Shown: in pieces, positions 38,796-49,955 of the stretch | Position numbering within the stretch: the stretch's first letter is position 1 | Layout: each line of letters opens with the position of its first letter | Assembly: GCF_963676685.1 (NCBI RefSeq) | Contig: NC_092348.1 | Coordinates: forward strand, 18,476,001-18,540,000 | Reading direction: 5' to 3' | Source: Mytilus edulis | Taxonomy: Eukaryota | DNA: 64,000 nucleotides | Program-made: the position numbers and the translations under genes | Notes under the pieces: generated by a model | The model's input: the letters and a program-made list of their open reading frames with translations, nothing else | What the model was told of the DNA's origin: nothing | Database searches by the model: none

Positions 38796-39566
38796 ATGTC
38801 TGACTCCGAGAAACTTCTAGATTCCGACCATGAATCTTTGCCAGCTGGTACTAGTGTACATTCGTTGCGTGATGGTATTTCTGCACATAATACTGGGAAT
38901 AACGACTTGGTGGATACTTTCTCTCTGTTTAAAACCTATCTTGATGGGAAGATCGCTACTCTACACAAAGATTTGGCAGTTGGCAACGAGAATTTTGCTA
39001 CCAAACTCAAGCAGGAAGTTTCAGTTAAACTCAAAGGTGAGGGCAACCAGATACAATTCAACTTTAATTGTGAAATCATGGCCGACCTCGTTAAGCTCCA
39101 GAAGCGTATTCCTGATGAAGATGCAGCTTGTCTTAAATTGGTATCTGGAGCTATCCTTAAGGTTAAGAAGCGAAATAAACTCATCCGCATTGCAGACAAA
39201 TCTCCTGCAGGATGGAAAACCGTCCGTGAATATGAAAGCGACGACCTTGCCTCCGACTCCGAAGACGAGAAGCGCATTCGTTCTGCAGAAACCCGTGCCA
39301 TCAGGAGTATCAAGGAAAAGAAAAGACCTCATCCTTATAGAACCGCTACAGCTACTGCTTCTGCTCCTTCTGCACCTATGCCTAATCAACATAACGCTAG
39401 ACAAAACAACTACCAACAGCCGCCCTTTCGGACCGGCAGACGGAGGGAACCGTCATCTCAGGACATCTGTTACAACTGCAACCAGCTTGGTCACTGGCGA
39501 ACTCAGTGCCCCCTCCTATTCAGTACAAAACCAGGTGTCTCAGGGACAACAAGGCAACAGAATTAA
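38796..39566 (+). CDS. Ngaro ORF1, gag-like with CCHC zinc knuckle
   Basis: ATG just after repeat A1; RNKLIRIADKSPAGWKTVREYESDDLASDSEDEKRI motif; CYNCNQLGHWRTQC. Confidence 0.88.
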   Translation: MSDSEKLLDSDHESLPAGTSVHSLRDGISAHNTGNNDLVDTFSLFKTYLDGKIATLHKDLAVGNENFATKLKQEVSVKLKGEGNQIQFNFNCEIMADLVKLQKRIPDEDAACLKLVSGAILKVKKRNKLIRIADKSPAGWKTVREYESDDLASDSEDEKRIRSAETRAIRSIKEKKRPHPYRTATATASAPSAPMPNQHNARQNNYQQPPFRTGRRREPSSQDICYNCNQLGHWRTQCPLLFSTKPGVSGTTRQQN

Positions 39567-41580
39567 TGATAAGTATTTTTATACTACTTTTTTAGATGAA
39601 CGTAATCTTTACGGGCAGTTTGAACTGTTTATGTCACATGCAAAATATTTTGATAATATTGATATTTCATCTGTTGCAAAAGGGGTGAAATATAGCTTAC
39701 GCAAGCATATACAATTTTGGAAACATATAGGTGCTAATGAGTTTGTTATAAATACTATCAAAAATGGGTATGTTATTCCTTTTTTGCAGACTCCTACATC
39801 TATGTCATTTAAGAATAACAAATCTGCTAATGTCCATTCTAAATTTGTAAATGAAGCAATTTCAGAATTACTTGATATCAGAGGTGTTATTGAAACTCCA
39901 TTTCAACCTTTTGTTGTAAATCCGCTTAGTGTTGCAGTTCAAAGTTCGGGCAAAAAACGTCTGATTTTGGATTTAAGTGAACTGAATGTTTTTATTAAAA
40001 AAGAAAGAATTAAATTTGAAGACTGGAAAGTGGCATTAAACTATTTCACAAAAGATTGCTATCTATTTAAGTTTGATCTTAAGTCTGGTTATTTTCATTA
40101 TGACGTATGTACTAAACAACAAACATATTTAGGATTTTGCTGGAACAATAAATTTTACTGTTTTACAGTTTTAGCCTTTGGTCTTTCGTCTGCTCCATAT
40201 CTATTCACTAAATGTTTACGTCCTATCGTAAAATACTGGCGAGAAAACGGCGTAGATATTGTGCTTTACTTAGATGATGGACTTGGAATGGGTAAAAATA
40301 AACAAGAAGCTTCCGAATGTTCATCTTTTGTAAAAACGTCTTTGTTAGAAGCAGGGTTTCTTATTAACAGGGAAAAATCTATTTTTGAACCAGTCCAATG
40401 TTTAGAGTGGTTAGGTTTAGTTTGGAATTCGTCTGATTTTTCAATTAGTATATCAGATAGGCGGATTAAAAATACCCTAGCATCATTGGTTGATGTTTTG
40501 AATAACTTTCCTAATTTCACAGCACGAGAATTGGCTCAGGTAACTGGAAAGGTAATTTCTATGTGTCCAGTCATGGGTAACATAACTAGTTTAATGACCC
40601 GTTATTTACACTGGGCTATTGAAAGCAGAGTAAAGTGGGATTTAAATTTAAAATTGGAATGTCCCGATTGTGTATTCAATGAGCTCACATTTTGGCTGAA
40701 TAACATTCTAAGATTGAACAGAAAACATTTAGCAGGTTATTCTTTTACCCACGTGGTTGTATACTCTGATGCAAGTAATGTAGCTGCTGGTGCTTACTCG
40801 ATAGATATTGACTCTAATATTTTTCATCAGATGTGGACTTTACAAGAGTCTATACAGAGTTCTACTTGGAGAGAACTTCAAGCTATTTTGTTAGCATTGA
40901 TGTCTTTTAAAAACTGTTTAAGAAATAAATGTGTTAAATGGCATACAGATAACAATAACTGTGTTTTCATTGTTCAGAAAGGAAGTTCAAAAGTACATTT
41001 ACAAGAGATAGCTATGAATATTTTTAAGTTGTGTTCTGAATTGAATATTACGTTAGATGTTGTTTGGATCCCGAGATCTGAAAATACTAAAGCTGATTAT
41101 ATTTCAAAAATGATTGATATAGAAGACTGGGGAACAAGCATAGAATTTTTTAAATTTATAGATGATATGTGGGGTCCGCATACTGTGGACAGGTTTGCGA
41201 GTAATTTAAATAAAAAATGACCCAGGTTTAATTCTAAGTTCTGGAATCCAGGTGTTGAAGCAGTTGATGCGTTCACGCAAAATTGGAACAATGAAGTTAA
41301 TTGGATTGTTCCTCCAATTTCTGTTGTCTGTAGAGCAATTAAACATTTGATTTTATGTAAAGCTAGAGGCACTTTGATCGTTCCAAAGTGGCCTTCCTCG
41401 TCATTTTGGACAATGATTTTTAAAAGAGGTTCGCATTTGCAACCATATGTAATTGATGTTTTAGAATTTCAACCAAATCAGAACATTTTTATTCATGGTA
41501 TGAATAATAAGTCCTTGTTGGGATCTTCTGAATTCGTTTCTAGTGTTTTAGCTATTAGATTGAACGCTGAGTTCACGTAA
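38830..41580 (+). CDS. Ngaro ORF2: reverse transcriptase + RNase H + adenine methyltransferase-like domain; one in-frame TGA at 41218-41220
   Basis: KKRLILDL, FDLKSGYFH, FGLSSAP, YLDDG; YSDAS, STWREL, TDN, NTKADYISK; VDRFAS..*PRFNS..VDAF..W..NWIVPP continues in the same frame to TAA at 41580. Confidence 0.9.
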
Positions 41581-41792
41581 GAATTTACGACAAGGCTGTT
41601 GAGCAAGGTCGCATAGTAAAGACAAGGCCAAATTTATTGGCAAGGTCGTTTGTTGATGACAAGGCCAAATTTAATAGGCAAGGTCTCACTGACATGGCCA
41701 GTATGAAAAATAAATCTGGCAAGGTCATTTAATTATATTGTAAGCTTGTTGTATAGTAGATTATATTTCTATTTCATATGCACGTTTTTCAG

Positions 41793-42808
41793 ATATTTTT
41801 TCATGTGGAATATGGAAATCCTTGCCTAAGCCAGTCGACCAAGATTTGACATCTTTATCTAATTGCCTACCTGAGTTCTGTCTGCGTTCGAAGGCCGAGA
41901 ATACCAAAAGAAAATATTCATATGCATTTAACAATTTCTGTAAGTGGTGTAATAACTATTTAAATGTTAAACCTCTACCAGCTTCAGATTTTTATGTTTC
42001 ATTGTACTTAATACACCTGTCAAAGACATTTAATTCGTATGCTAAGGTTGAAGAAGCATATTATTTCATAAGCTGGGCTCATAAACTAGCAGGCTATCCA
42101 AACCCGTGTTATTCACAGTTGTGTATATCGGTTAAAGAAGGAGCTCATAGAAAGATCGGACATGCTATTGTAAATAAAAAAGAACCAATTACACCAGATA
42201 TTTTAAAGAAAATTGTTATTAAATATGGTCAAGAATGTAACAATCTTATAGAAATTAGAATTTGTTGTATGTGTCTTATAAGCTATGCAGGGTTCTTAAG
42301 GTTTTCTGAAATGGTAAATTTAAAAAGATCTGATTTAAAATTTAGTGATTCACATGTCTCTTTGCTCATAACGAAAAGCAAAACTGATCATTATAGAGAA
42401 GGCACTCAGGTTTTAATTGCTAGAACAGATACACAAACATGTCCTGTTAGTATGTTGGAGAAATATTTATTATTATCTAATATTGACGCTTCATCTTCAG
42501 ATTATATATTTAGATCCATGTATTTATGTAAAAAATCTAAGTCTTATAAACTGAGAGGTCTTAAACCTTTATCATATACTAGAGTAAGAGAAATTATATT
42601 ATCAGCTCTTGAATCTATCGGTTTAGATAAGTCCAAATTTGGATTACATAGCTTGAGATCAGGTGGAGCTACTGCAGCTGCATCAGCTGGCATTCAGGAT
42701 AGATTATTCAAGAAGCATGGTAGATGGGCTTCAGATAAAGCCAAAGATGGCTATGTAAGAGAAAATATAAAAGAAAAACTGACAGTGTCTAAAAGTTTGG
42801 GAATATAA
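41793..42808 (+). CDS. Ngaro ORF3, tyrosine recombinase
   Basis: Catalytic R-K-H-R-H/W-Y residues: GFLRFSE, KSKTD, HSLRSGG, KHGRW, KDGY. Open frame with no N-terminal ATG, preceded by the acceptor tttttcag at 41792. Confidence 0.93.
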
Positions 42809-45517
42809 TTTTCATAAATATACTTTAAACATTGTATATGTATCACTCTATGTTCACATCTCACATCTACTTGCATTTTTTGCTTTCTTTGTCTTTCGAA
42901 AGGCTGCTACAGCTGTAGGCACACTTATCCTATTTATGTGTTGTTTTATTTATTAAATAATTTATATTCGTTTGAGTTGGCGAATTAGAATATAAATATA
43001 TTTATTAAAGGTATTAAGTCACATGACGTTGTAACGGTCAAGTGATTGTTTACTATAAACACGTGTGTGTGTTTATATCAAGCACATGGTGTGTGTTTAC
43101 GTTCTATTTGATTGGATGGCATATACCCGTACTGCCGGTTTTACGGGTATATGCCCTCATGATTTTCGTGAAAAGCATGATTAAGTATTACTTAAGGGGG
43201 TAGCTTGAGAAAATTAAGTTATTCGAAGTTTGCCTATAGTACGACGTAGCAGCATTCGAAAAGGCTGCTACAGCTGTAGGCACACTTATCCTATTTATGT
43301 GTTGTTTTATTTATTAAATAATTTATATTCGTTTGAGTTGGCGAATTAGAATATAACCAATAAAGTCGAAATTGAATTCAACTCACTTGTACCAAAACAA
43401 TGTCATAATTCTATATTCTGTTTTCTTAATTTTGCATTGAAAATTTCATATTTATATTGATGTATTGTTTAAAGATAATTTATATATAAATTACTTTTAT
43501 TTTTTTATATTTATTTTGCAAATTATGTCATTATATTAATCAATACGTTTAGAATAATTTATGGTAAGACATACTACATTTACATGATATTTTTCCGTAG
43601 ATCATATTTATATTTGAAAATTTAAAGAACTTGCGACAGGTTTAGGATATCTTAGCTAAGATGATCCTAAGACAGCTTCGAGACGAGGTCTGAGATATGT
43701 CCTAGGATAGTCATAAGAGGATGATAAGACATGTCCTAAGATATGTATTATGACATGTCTTAGGATAGCTTCGTGAAACCGGCCCCTGTTTTATATATTT
43801 TATGCTTTATAAAAAAAATTGAGAATGGTAATGGGGAATGTGTCAAAGAGACAACAACCCGACAAAAGAGCAGATAACAGCCGAAGGCCATCAATGGGTC
43901 TTCAATGCAGCGAGAAAATCCTGCATTCTGAGGTGTGCTTCAGCTGACCCCTTTATGTGTATATATTATTAATCTAGCAAGACTTGTTTTGTTTTGATAG
44001 CCATTTGTTGCATATTTGTTTTTATTTTTTTCTCCTTGTTTCTTTGTATCAAGAATCTCAGTTGATATTGTAAAATGGTGTTTTACAGCTTCCATTCTCC
44101 GTGTGAATCGCTATTATTAGTTAAATTTCGTAGGGTTGCAGTTATTATTCTAAATAGTATACAATATCTTTACAAGTAAAGATTTTCCCTTTTCGAACCA
44201 GACTTCACTACCACTAGTATCTAAGATAAATATACTGACAACATATTGTACCTCCATTCATAATAACAATCACTCTGTCTGTCTGTCCGACAGTCTGTCC
44301 GTACAAAAAAAAATATTTTCAATTTTCTCTTCAAAAGCTTTAGTATGCTTAGCATGTGTTCCTTTTTCGATTGATCCTGAATCTGCTAAACAAGCGACTG
44401 TCTTAAGCATGTTGTTCAGTGGTTGTAGTTTGTAGGTATGTTTCAAATGTGTTTCTCGTTTCTATTTTTTTTTTTATACATTTTCATTCCTTTGTACTTC
44501 TTGGAATATAGTCTGTTTGATTATGTGAACGAATTATCTACAGTTAAATAAAACTCCAAACAAGATAAAATATATTTCATGCTGGGGTCAACTAGATTTT
44601 TTTTCAAAAGATGGAGAGAAGTACCCACAATCATATATATAATAACACGAGAAAGTTATAAATTAATGTTTTTTTAATAATTCATAGGCGGACTACTGTC
44701 ATACTTTTTACTGACTACATTTTTTAAAATTGAAATAAGGCCGTTAGTTTCTCGTTTGAATTGTTTTACATTGTCATATGGGGGCCTTTTATAACTGACT
44801 ATGCGGTATTGGCTTTGCTCATTGTTGAATGCCGTACGGTGACCTATAGTTGTTAATTTCTGTGTCATTTTGTTCTCTTGTGGACGGTTGTCTCATTGGC
44901 AAACCACATCTTCTTTTTATATTTGAAGCTTGTTCTAAATTAGAAAAAAGGAGTTATAGTTTCTGCAAATTATTTTATTCCAATAAAAAGTGATTTAATT
45001 AGCAATATGGAATTAAAACATATCACATGTCTAAAAATTTGTCCATGCATCTCATCATCTTTGCCTCTAGCGGCCTTCCACGATCCGAATCGTCAAGATA
45101 CCGTTCATACGCTTCCCGTGCCATTTCTGTTGTTGATTTCCTTTTCTTTTCTTGAGTTTTAGGCTTTTCCCGATTGAGAGGTTCCTTGGCTCTAACAACT
45201 TCTTCCTCGCTTGAATCCTCTTTCTCTGCATCCTCTCCTTCATCCTCCTTATCCTCTTCAACCACCTCATCTTCCAAAGCTGGCACATCGCCATCGGCGT
45301 CCGGATTAATGACAGCCTGACGAATATCCGTATTTTGCTTTTGTGGTTCCACCTACAAAAAAGTACAATAATTACGTTTAATTCATCATGTGTTATCCCG
45401 AAAAAAAGGCACTTAATTTGTTCAGTAAGATAAATGCCGTAGGTGGATAAGAAGTATTAACAAAGGGCTAATAAAATATTCAACACAATGAAATAGTATA
45501 TAAAAAATCATGAAAAT

Positions 45518-45770
45518 TGATTGATTGACTGTTGTGTAACACCACGTTCGGCACTACTGTTCTGTTTCATAGCGTTCAGTTTATGATTGACGAATGAAGC
45601 CAGAGTGCACGGGGAGAACTACCGACATTCGGTAGGAAAACTTACAATTCAAGTCAATGAAGATTGGAGTCGAGTGCACCTGTCTCTTGTGGGATTTGAA
45701 CTAATGACCTAAGTATCACAAGCTATTGAAACAGTGGTTCAACAACTTAGACCACTGGTACACTGAGCCC
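45518..45770 (-). mobile_element. tRNA-derived SINE
   Basis: Minus strand starts GGGCTCAGTGTACCAGTGGTCTAAG (A-box-like), has GTTCAAATCC (B-box) and ends in an (AATC)n tail. Confidence 0.65.
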
Positions 45771-45794
45771 TTATCGCCCAAAAAGATATATAAT

Positions 45795-46473
45795 AAACAG
45801 CTGCGCTTCGAGTGCATGATACGCCCGTCGTCTTGTGTGTAAAGTTTTAATGCAATAATCATATAAAATAGTTTCCGATATACAGCAACACATGTGTAAA
45901 AAAATCTTTAAAAAAATCCATTGCTCTAAAACAAAATTTTGAATCATCACCGAAAAGTAAACAGATTTTTAAATTAATGTGATTAAGAAGTGTGTAAAGT
46001 TTTAAGCAATAATCGTGGTCGTTTTTGAGATATGGTGCGACATTTGACCCCCCTTTTTTTTTACAAAAAACTCAATAACTCTAAAATAAAATTTGAATCA
46101 TCACCAAAAGGTATAAAAGTCTTTCCATAAATATAACTAAGAAGTGTGTAAAGTTTTAAGCAATAAACATAAATCTTTTTTAGATACGGCGCGACACGTG
46201 AACTCCCCCTTCTTTCTTCAAGAACTCCAATAACTCTAAAATAAAAATTTCTGTCATCACTAAAATATTATACAGATCTTTAGATTTACATAATTAAGAA
46301 GTGTATAAAGTTTTAAACAAAAATCCTTAATCGATTTTGAGATACGGCGCTACATGTGAAAAAAAACCAACATGACATTGTTTAAGCAGGAAAGACAAAC
46401 GGACATACAGACGGACGCCGGACATTTGTATACCATAATAAGTCCCGTCGAAATTTTGACGAGCGTATAAAAA
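45795..46473. mobile_element. Helentron-associated (HINE/DINE-1-like) non-autonomous element with internal ~155-bp tandem array
   Basis: aaagttttaa(g)caa unit at ~45841, 45997, 46150 and 46307; gaca/cgga microsatellite ~46393-46422; terminal palindrome cgtcgaaattttgacg followed by tataaaaa. Confidence 0.7.
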
Positions 46474-47259
46474 TTTACAAAAACAAGGGCCAGCCATGTC
46501 TTAAAACTCTTGAATTTACACACGAGTTTGTGTGTACTAAGAGTAAAATATGTGGTTCATATATATATATATATATATATATATCTCATCATTATACATA
46601 TTTGTAAATTCCTAAAAATAACCATTAGAGGAATAGCTATTATTAAAGAAAAGCAAAAAATATACTGATATGATTTAGGCAACCTATTTTTTTTTTCTTC
46701 TTCAAAATGTGTTTTTAGTAAAATAAAAGATATACAAATATTTTCAAATACCTCTTTTTTTCTTAGATTTCTCACTAGGGTGCTCCTTTGTTTGGTAACG
46801 TTTGTTTTTTGATTTAATATCCTCCACAACTTTTTTCATTTCTTCACTGGTGGTGACAAAACCTTCCTTCATGGCCTTTTTTATCTGGTCGGACATGCGT
46901 CTTTTGACTTTTTCAAATTTCCCGTTTTCATACAAATTCCTGGCAGCTGGAGGGAGTAGATGAACTTGCCGTCTAACATCGGCCTGAATAGCCACCCAAT
47001 TGCTGCTATTTTTCGAATAGCTATCCAAAATTACTTCAACTTCTGATGGTGTTACTTCCACGTTTTTTTTTTGTTGCCATTTTTTTCTTTCTATCCGGTC
47101 AGTTATGTAAGATTTTTAGAAATCGAGTTGACCTGAAAAATCCAAACCGACCTCGCACAAAAAAATTATCGAAATGACGTAATGTATACGAATCGAGTTG
47201 ACCGCTTAACAATAAGTTGAATATCAGCCGCCTGAAGATTAAAACTCAAACGTCACATC

Positions 47260-48790
47260 ATGAATGAAAGAAGAAAAAAATTGTTTGCTGTTATTCTTAT
47301 GATGTTTGTGAGATATAAGATGCTGCTGAAACCACCACCACCTTACTTGTTAAGTGATACTGATGATTTTGGATTTGTTATTTTACTTAATTTATTTTAC
47401 CAATATTCAAAACAAAGGAGGCGACCACTACCATTTTACAACATGACTATTCGTAACAAAATTATAGAAAATTGGGAACACGATAACTATGTTATAAATG
47501 ATGTTTATTCATTGATCATCAGAAGACCATATGATTTCTGGATGCTGACCGGAGAAAATCCAAACTCATTCCATACGTTAGTTGGATTAGTAGCAGGCAA
47601 CATTACAGGGCATGGTAACATGATCCTGTCCGTTAACAATAGAATTTGGCTTCGTCAATATCCCACCTATGCATTACTTTCGCTAAATTTCTGACTTAGC
47701 GTATCAACCATCAGTCACATCATAAGGCATACATGGATAAAATTGTGGGAGGTTTTTTCACCTATTGTAGTATGGCCGACACCGGAAGAGTGGTTTAACA
47801 AAAGGGGAAAGTGGCATGAAATGCCTAATGTCGTTGGAATGATAGATGGAACGTCGCATGAAATATTAGTTCCAATGAATGAACCCCAACAAGACTTTTA
47901 CAGCGGTCATCGTAAATATCATTGAATACATACTCAGGTAATTATTGATCATTTATTTAAAAAGTCATTATGTAACAATAAAAAAAAAGGATAAAGGGTA
48001 TCCATTCATAAAACATTGTCTGTAAAATCAAAGCGAAACCACAAAAACAAAGAAACGACGTTTTTATTGCTAATATGTCGTTTTCGATGTGACATCTGAA
48101 GTGATGCCATCCTTACAGATTACAAATGTATGGGGTCAAATATCAATGTCACACCAGCAAGTATAAAGTGAAAAACTTTGGGAACTTTGGGTCAACAGAT
48201 GTAATCTTTTGAAAATTATAACAAACACATAGTCATAGTCATCATTATTGAATATAGGCAAATCTAATACAAAATATAAAAATCCTTAAAAAATCAACTG
48301 ATTGTTTCATGCTGTTACAAATGTTACATTGTAAAAACTTTTTTTCTATTTATTATGTTCCTGTATTTGTACAAACATCCAAACATATTATCTACACTGA
48401 TCTGTGTCCACACTTGCATTTGTAAAATATAAAGATTCTATACTATTGCTTATTTGATTGTAGGTTATTGCTGACAACGACAAGAATATTTGCTTTGTAC
48501 ATTTAGGTTTTCTTGGGCATGACAACGATGCGAACTCGTACCATCAAATAGGGCCGATTGGGCCAAATCTGCCGTTAAATTTCCCATTAAATTGTTATAT
48601 TTTAGCGGATAGCATATATCCAAACAATTATCCATTGATTACCCCATACAAAAGTACTGATATCAGACATCAACAAAGTCCAGAGAGACGTAGACGACGT
48701 AAGTTGAATGCACTTCATAGGAAGAGACGTGTATACATCGAACATGTTATTAAAGAGATAAAAACATTTCGGGCAATAGGATCGTTAAAC
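47260..48790 (+). pseudogene. PIF/Harbinger-group DDE transposase (HARBI1/DDE_Tnp_4-like), two exons, two premature stops
   Basis: WLRQYPTY (HTH), VVGMIDGT, FYSGHRKYH*IHTQ|VIAD (intron 47938-48463, phase 0), GFLGHDNDA, ILADSIY, RRVYIEHVI; TGA at 47692 and 47923. Confidence 0.88.
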
Positions 48791-49452
48791 ATATAGAACT
48801 GTGCGCTGGTCTCTCTAAAAGACGAACAGATATTTTAAATACTGTAACAGATAGATGAATAAAATATATTTGGAATTTGTATTATCTTCTCTTTGTAAGA
48901 AATATATATTCATCTTTTTGAAATATAACTTGAAATAATTATTCACCATGCACAATTTCTAATATAGAGATTTATAGAGATTGAATTCAGTATAGTTTAT
49001 ATCAAATAAGGTGATGTGAAGCGTCAAACTATCAAACAGTCCAAGTGGCGTGAATAACGACTACAGTGGCTCGTACTGTCCTCAACAATAAGCAAATATT
49101 CATACCGTATTATCAGATACCAGTATATAAGTCATTGACTTGGAAAAATATAAACAGTGCAAACGAGAAAAGAAAAAAAAACATGACCGAAAGTAACCAA
49201 CAAAAGCTTATTATTTGGGAAAACCAATATAAAATTTGGCTTGATTAAACACTCTGGTGTCACTGCACAATATCTGAAAAAAATAGAATTCTGTTGGAAT
49301 ATACATATATGATGAAAGTCACCGATTACCGATCTTAAAGTACCCTCAGGTACTGAAAGCTTTATATTCTCACATATTAAATTACCATGTGGTTATCCGA
49401 GAACATTCAACGTATTTGGTTAAAACAATAAGGAACGAACTCGATGTGTGAG

Positions 49453-49455
49453 CCA

Positions 49456-49495
<40 letters not shown>

Positions 49496-49955
49496 TGGGG
49501 TAACTTCCTATTATTGGGTATACGGGTATGTGCCAAAAATATTGGTCATAATTTTGCAAGATCTTATATAAAAATGACCCTCCTTTTTAATGACATCCTA
49601 TATTAAAATGCATTTACGTTTGATAATTGTATATTGATTTGGGGTATGATCTACATATATATAAACATGCTATTGATATGTGCACCAATCGATGTCAATT
49701 CATTTATAAAAACTGAAGGGTAGCTGGTATATTTATGAATTATGAGTGATGATGAGTTAGTGCTTATATAATCATGGGTCATATTTTAAATATTGTATAT
49801 AAGTATAGGTCATTCTTTCTTAAATATTTATATAACTATAGGTACTGAATTTCAGTGAATGTTATATTAAAATGGGTACGTTTTTTGAGGCAAAAGTGGC
49901 ACACCCCTACCAAAAAAATATCGAAGTTACCCCCCCCCCCCCCCCCCCCTCGTGG
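49453..49955. mobile_element. Unclassified MITE with poly-G/poly-C TIRs and 6-bp TSD
   Basis: CCACG(G)n..GGTAACTTC / GAAGTTAC(C)nTCGTGG; TGTGAG at 49447-49452 and 49956-49961. Confidence 0.85.

Larger units (their letters stand above)
38518..43356 (+). mobile_element. Ngaro/DIRS-group tyrosine-recombinase retrotransposon with split direct repeats (A1-ORFs-B1-A2-B2)
   Basis: A1 38518-38785 = A2 42991-43258 (268 bp, no difference seen); B1 ~42895-42995 = B2 ~43255-43356; gag, RT/RNaseH/MT and YR ORFs in order; TATAA at both junctions. Confidence 0.96.
38155..43785. mobile_element. PIF/Harbinger-group MITE (~800 bp without insert), CTG TSD, split by Ngaro element
   Basis: TIR GGCCCAGTTTCACGAAGCT / AGCTTCGTGAAACCGGCCC; CTG at 38152-38154 and 43786-43788; subterminal (taagac/gtctta) repeats at both ends. 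Confidence 0.88.
45023..47080 (-). pseudogene. Harbinger-type accessory gene (Myb/SANT-like N-terminus, acidic C-terminus), two exons, frameshifted
   Basis: Exons ~47080-46752 and 45352-45023 with GT/AG boundaries; TPSEVEVILDSY....W..I pattern; head-to-head with the transposase 180 bp away; frameshifts lie in poly-A runs. Confidence 0.6.

Noticed and set aside
38794-38799. GTATGT donor just after repeat A1 as the splice partner for the YR acceptor
   Set aside because: It would remove the gag ATG and leave no in-frame start for ~150 YR codons; a less plausible model than the gag-end donor.
41822-42808. Phage integrase or prophage, or bacterial contamination
   Set aside because: The recombinase lies within split direct repeats together with gag and RT, the layout of a eukaryotic Ngaro/DIRS retrotransposon.
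45700-45770. tRNA gene
   Set aside because: A/B-box-like motifs only, with no cloverleaf, and followed by a SINE body and microsatellite tail.
47260-48790. Domesticated HARBI1 host gene
   Set aside because: Two premature stops, an apparently truncated C-terminus, and a location inside an insertion absent from copy A.
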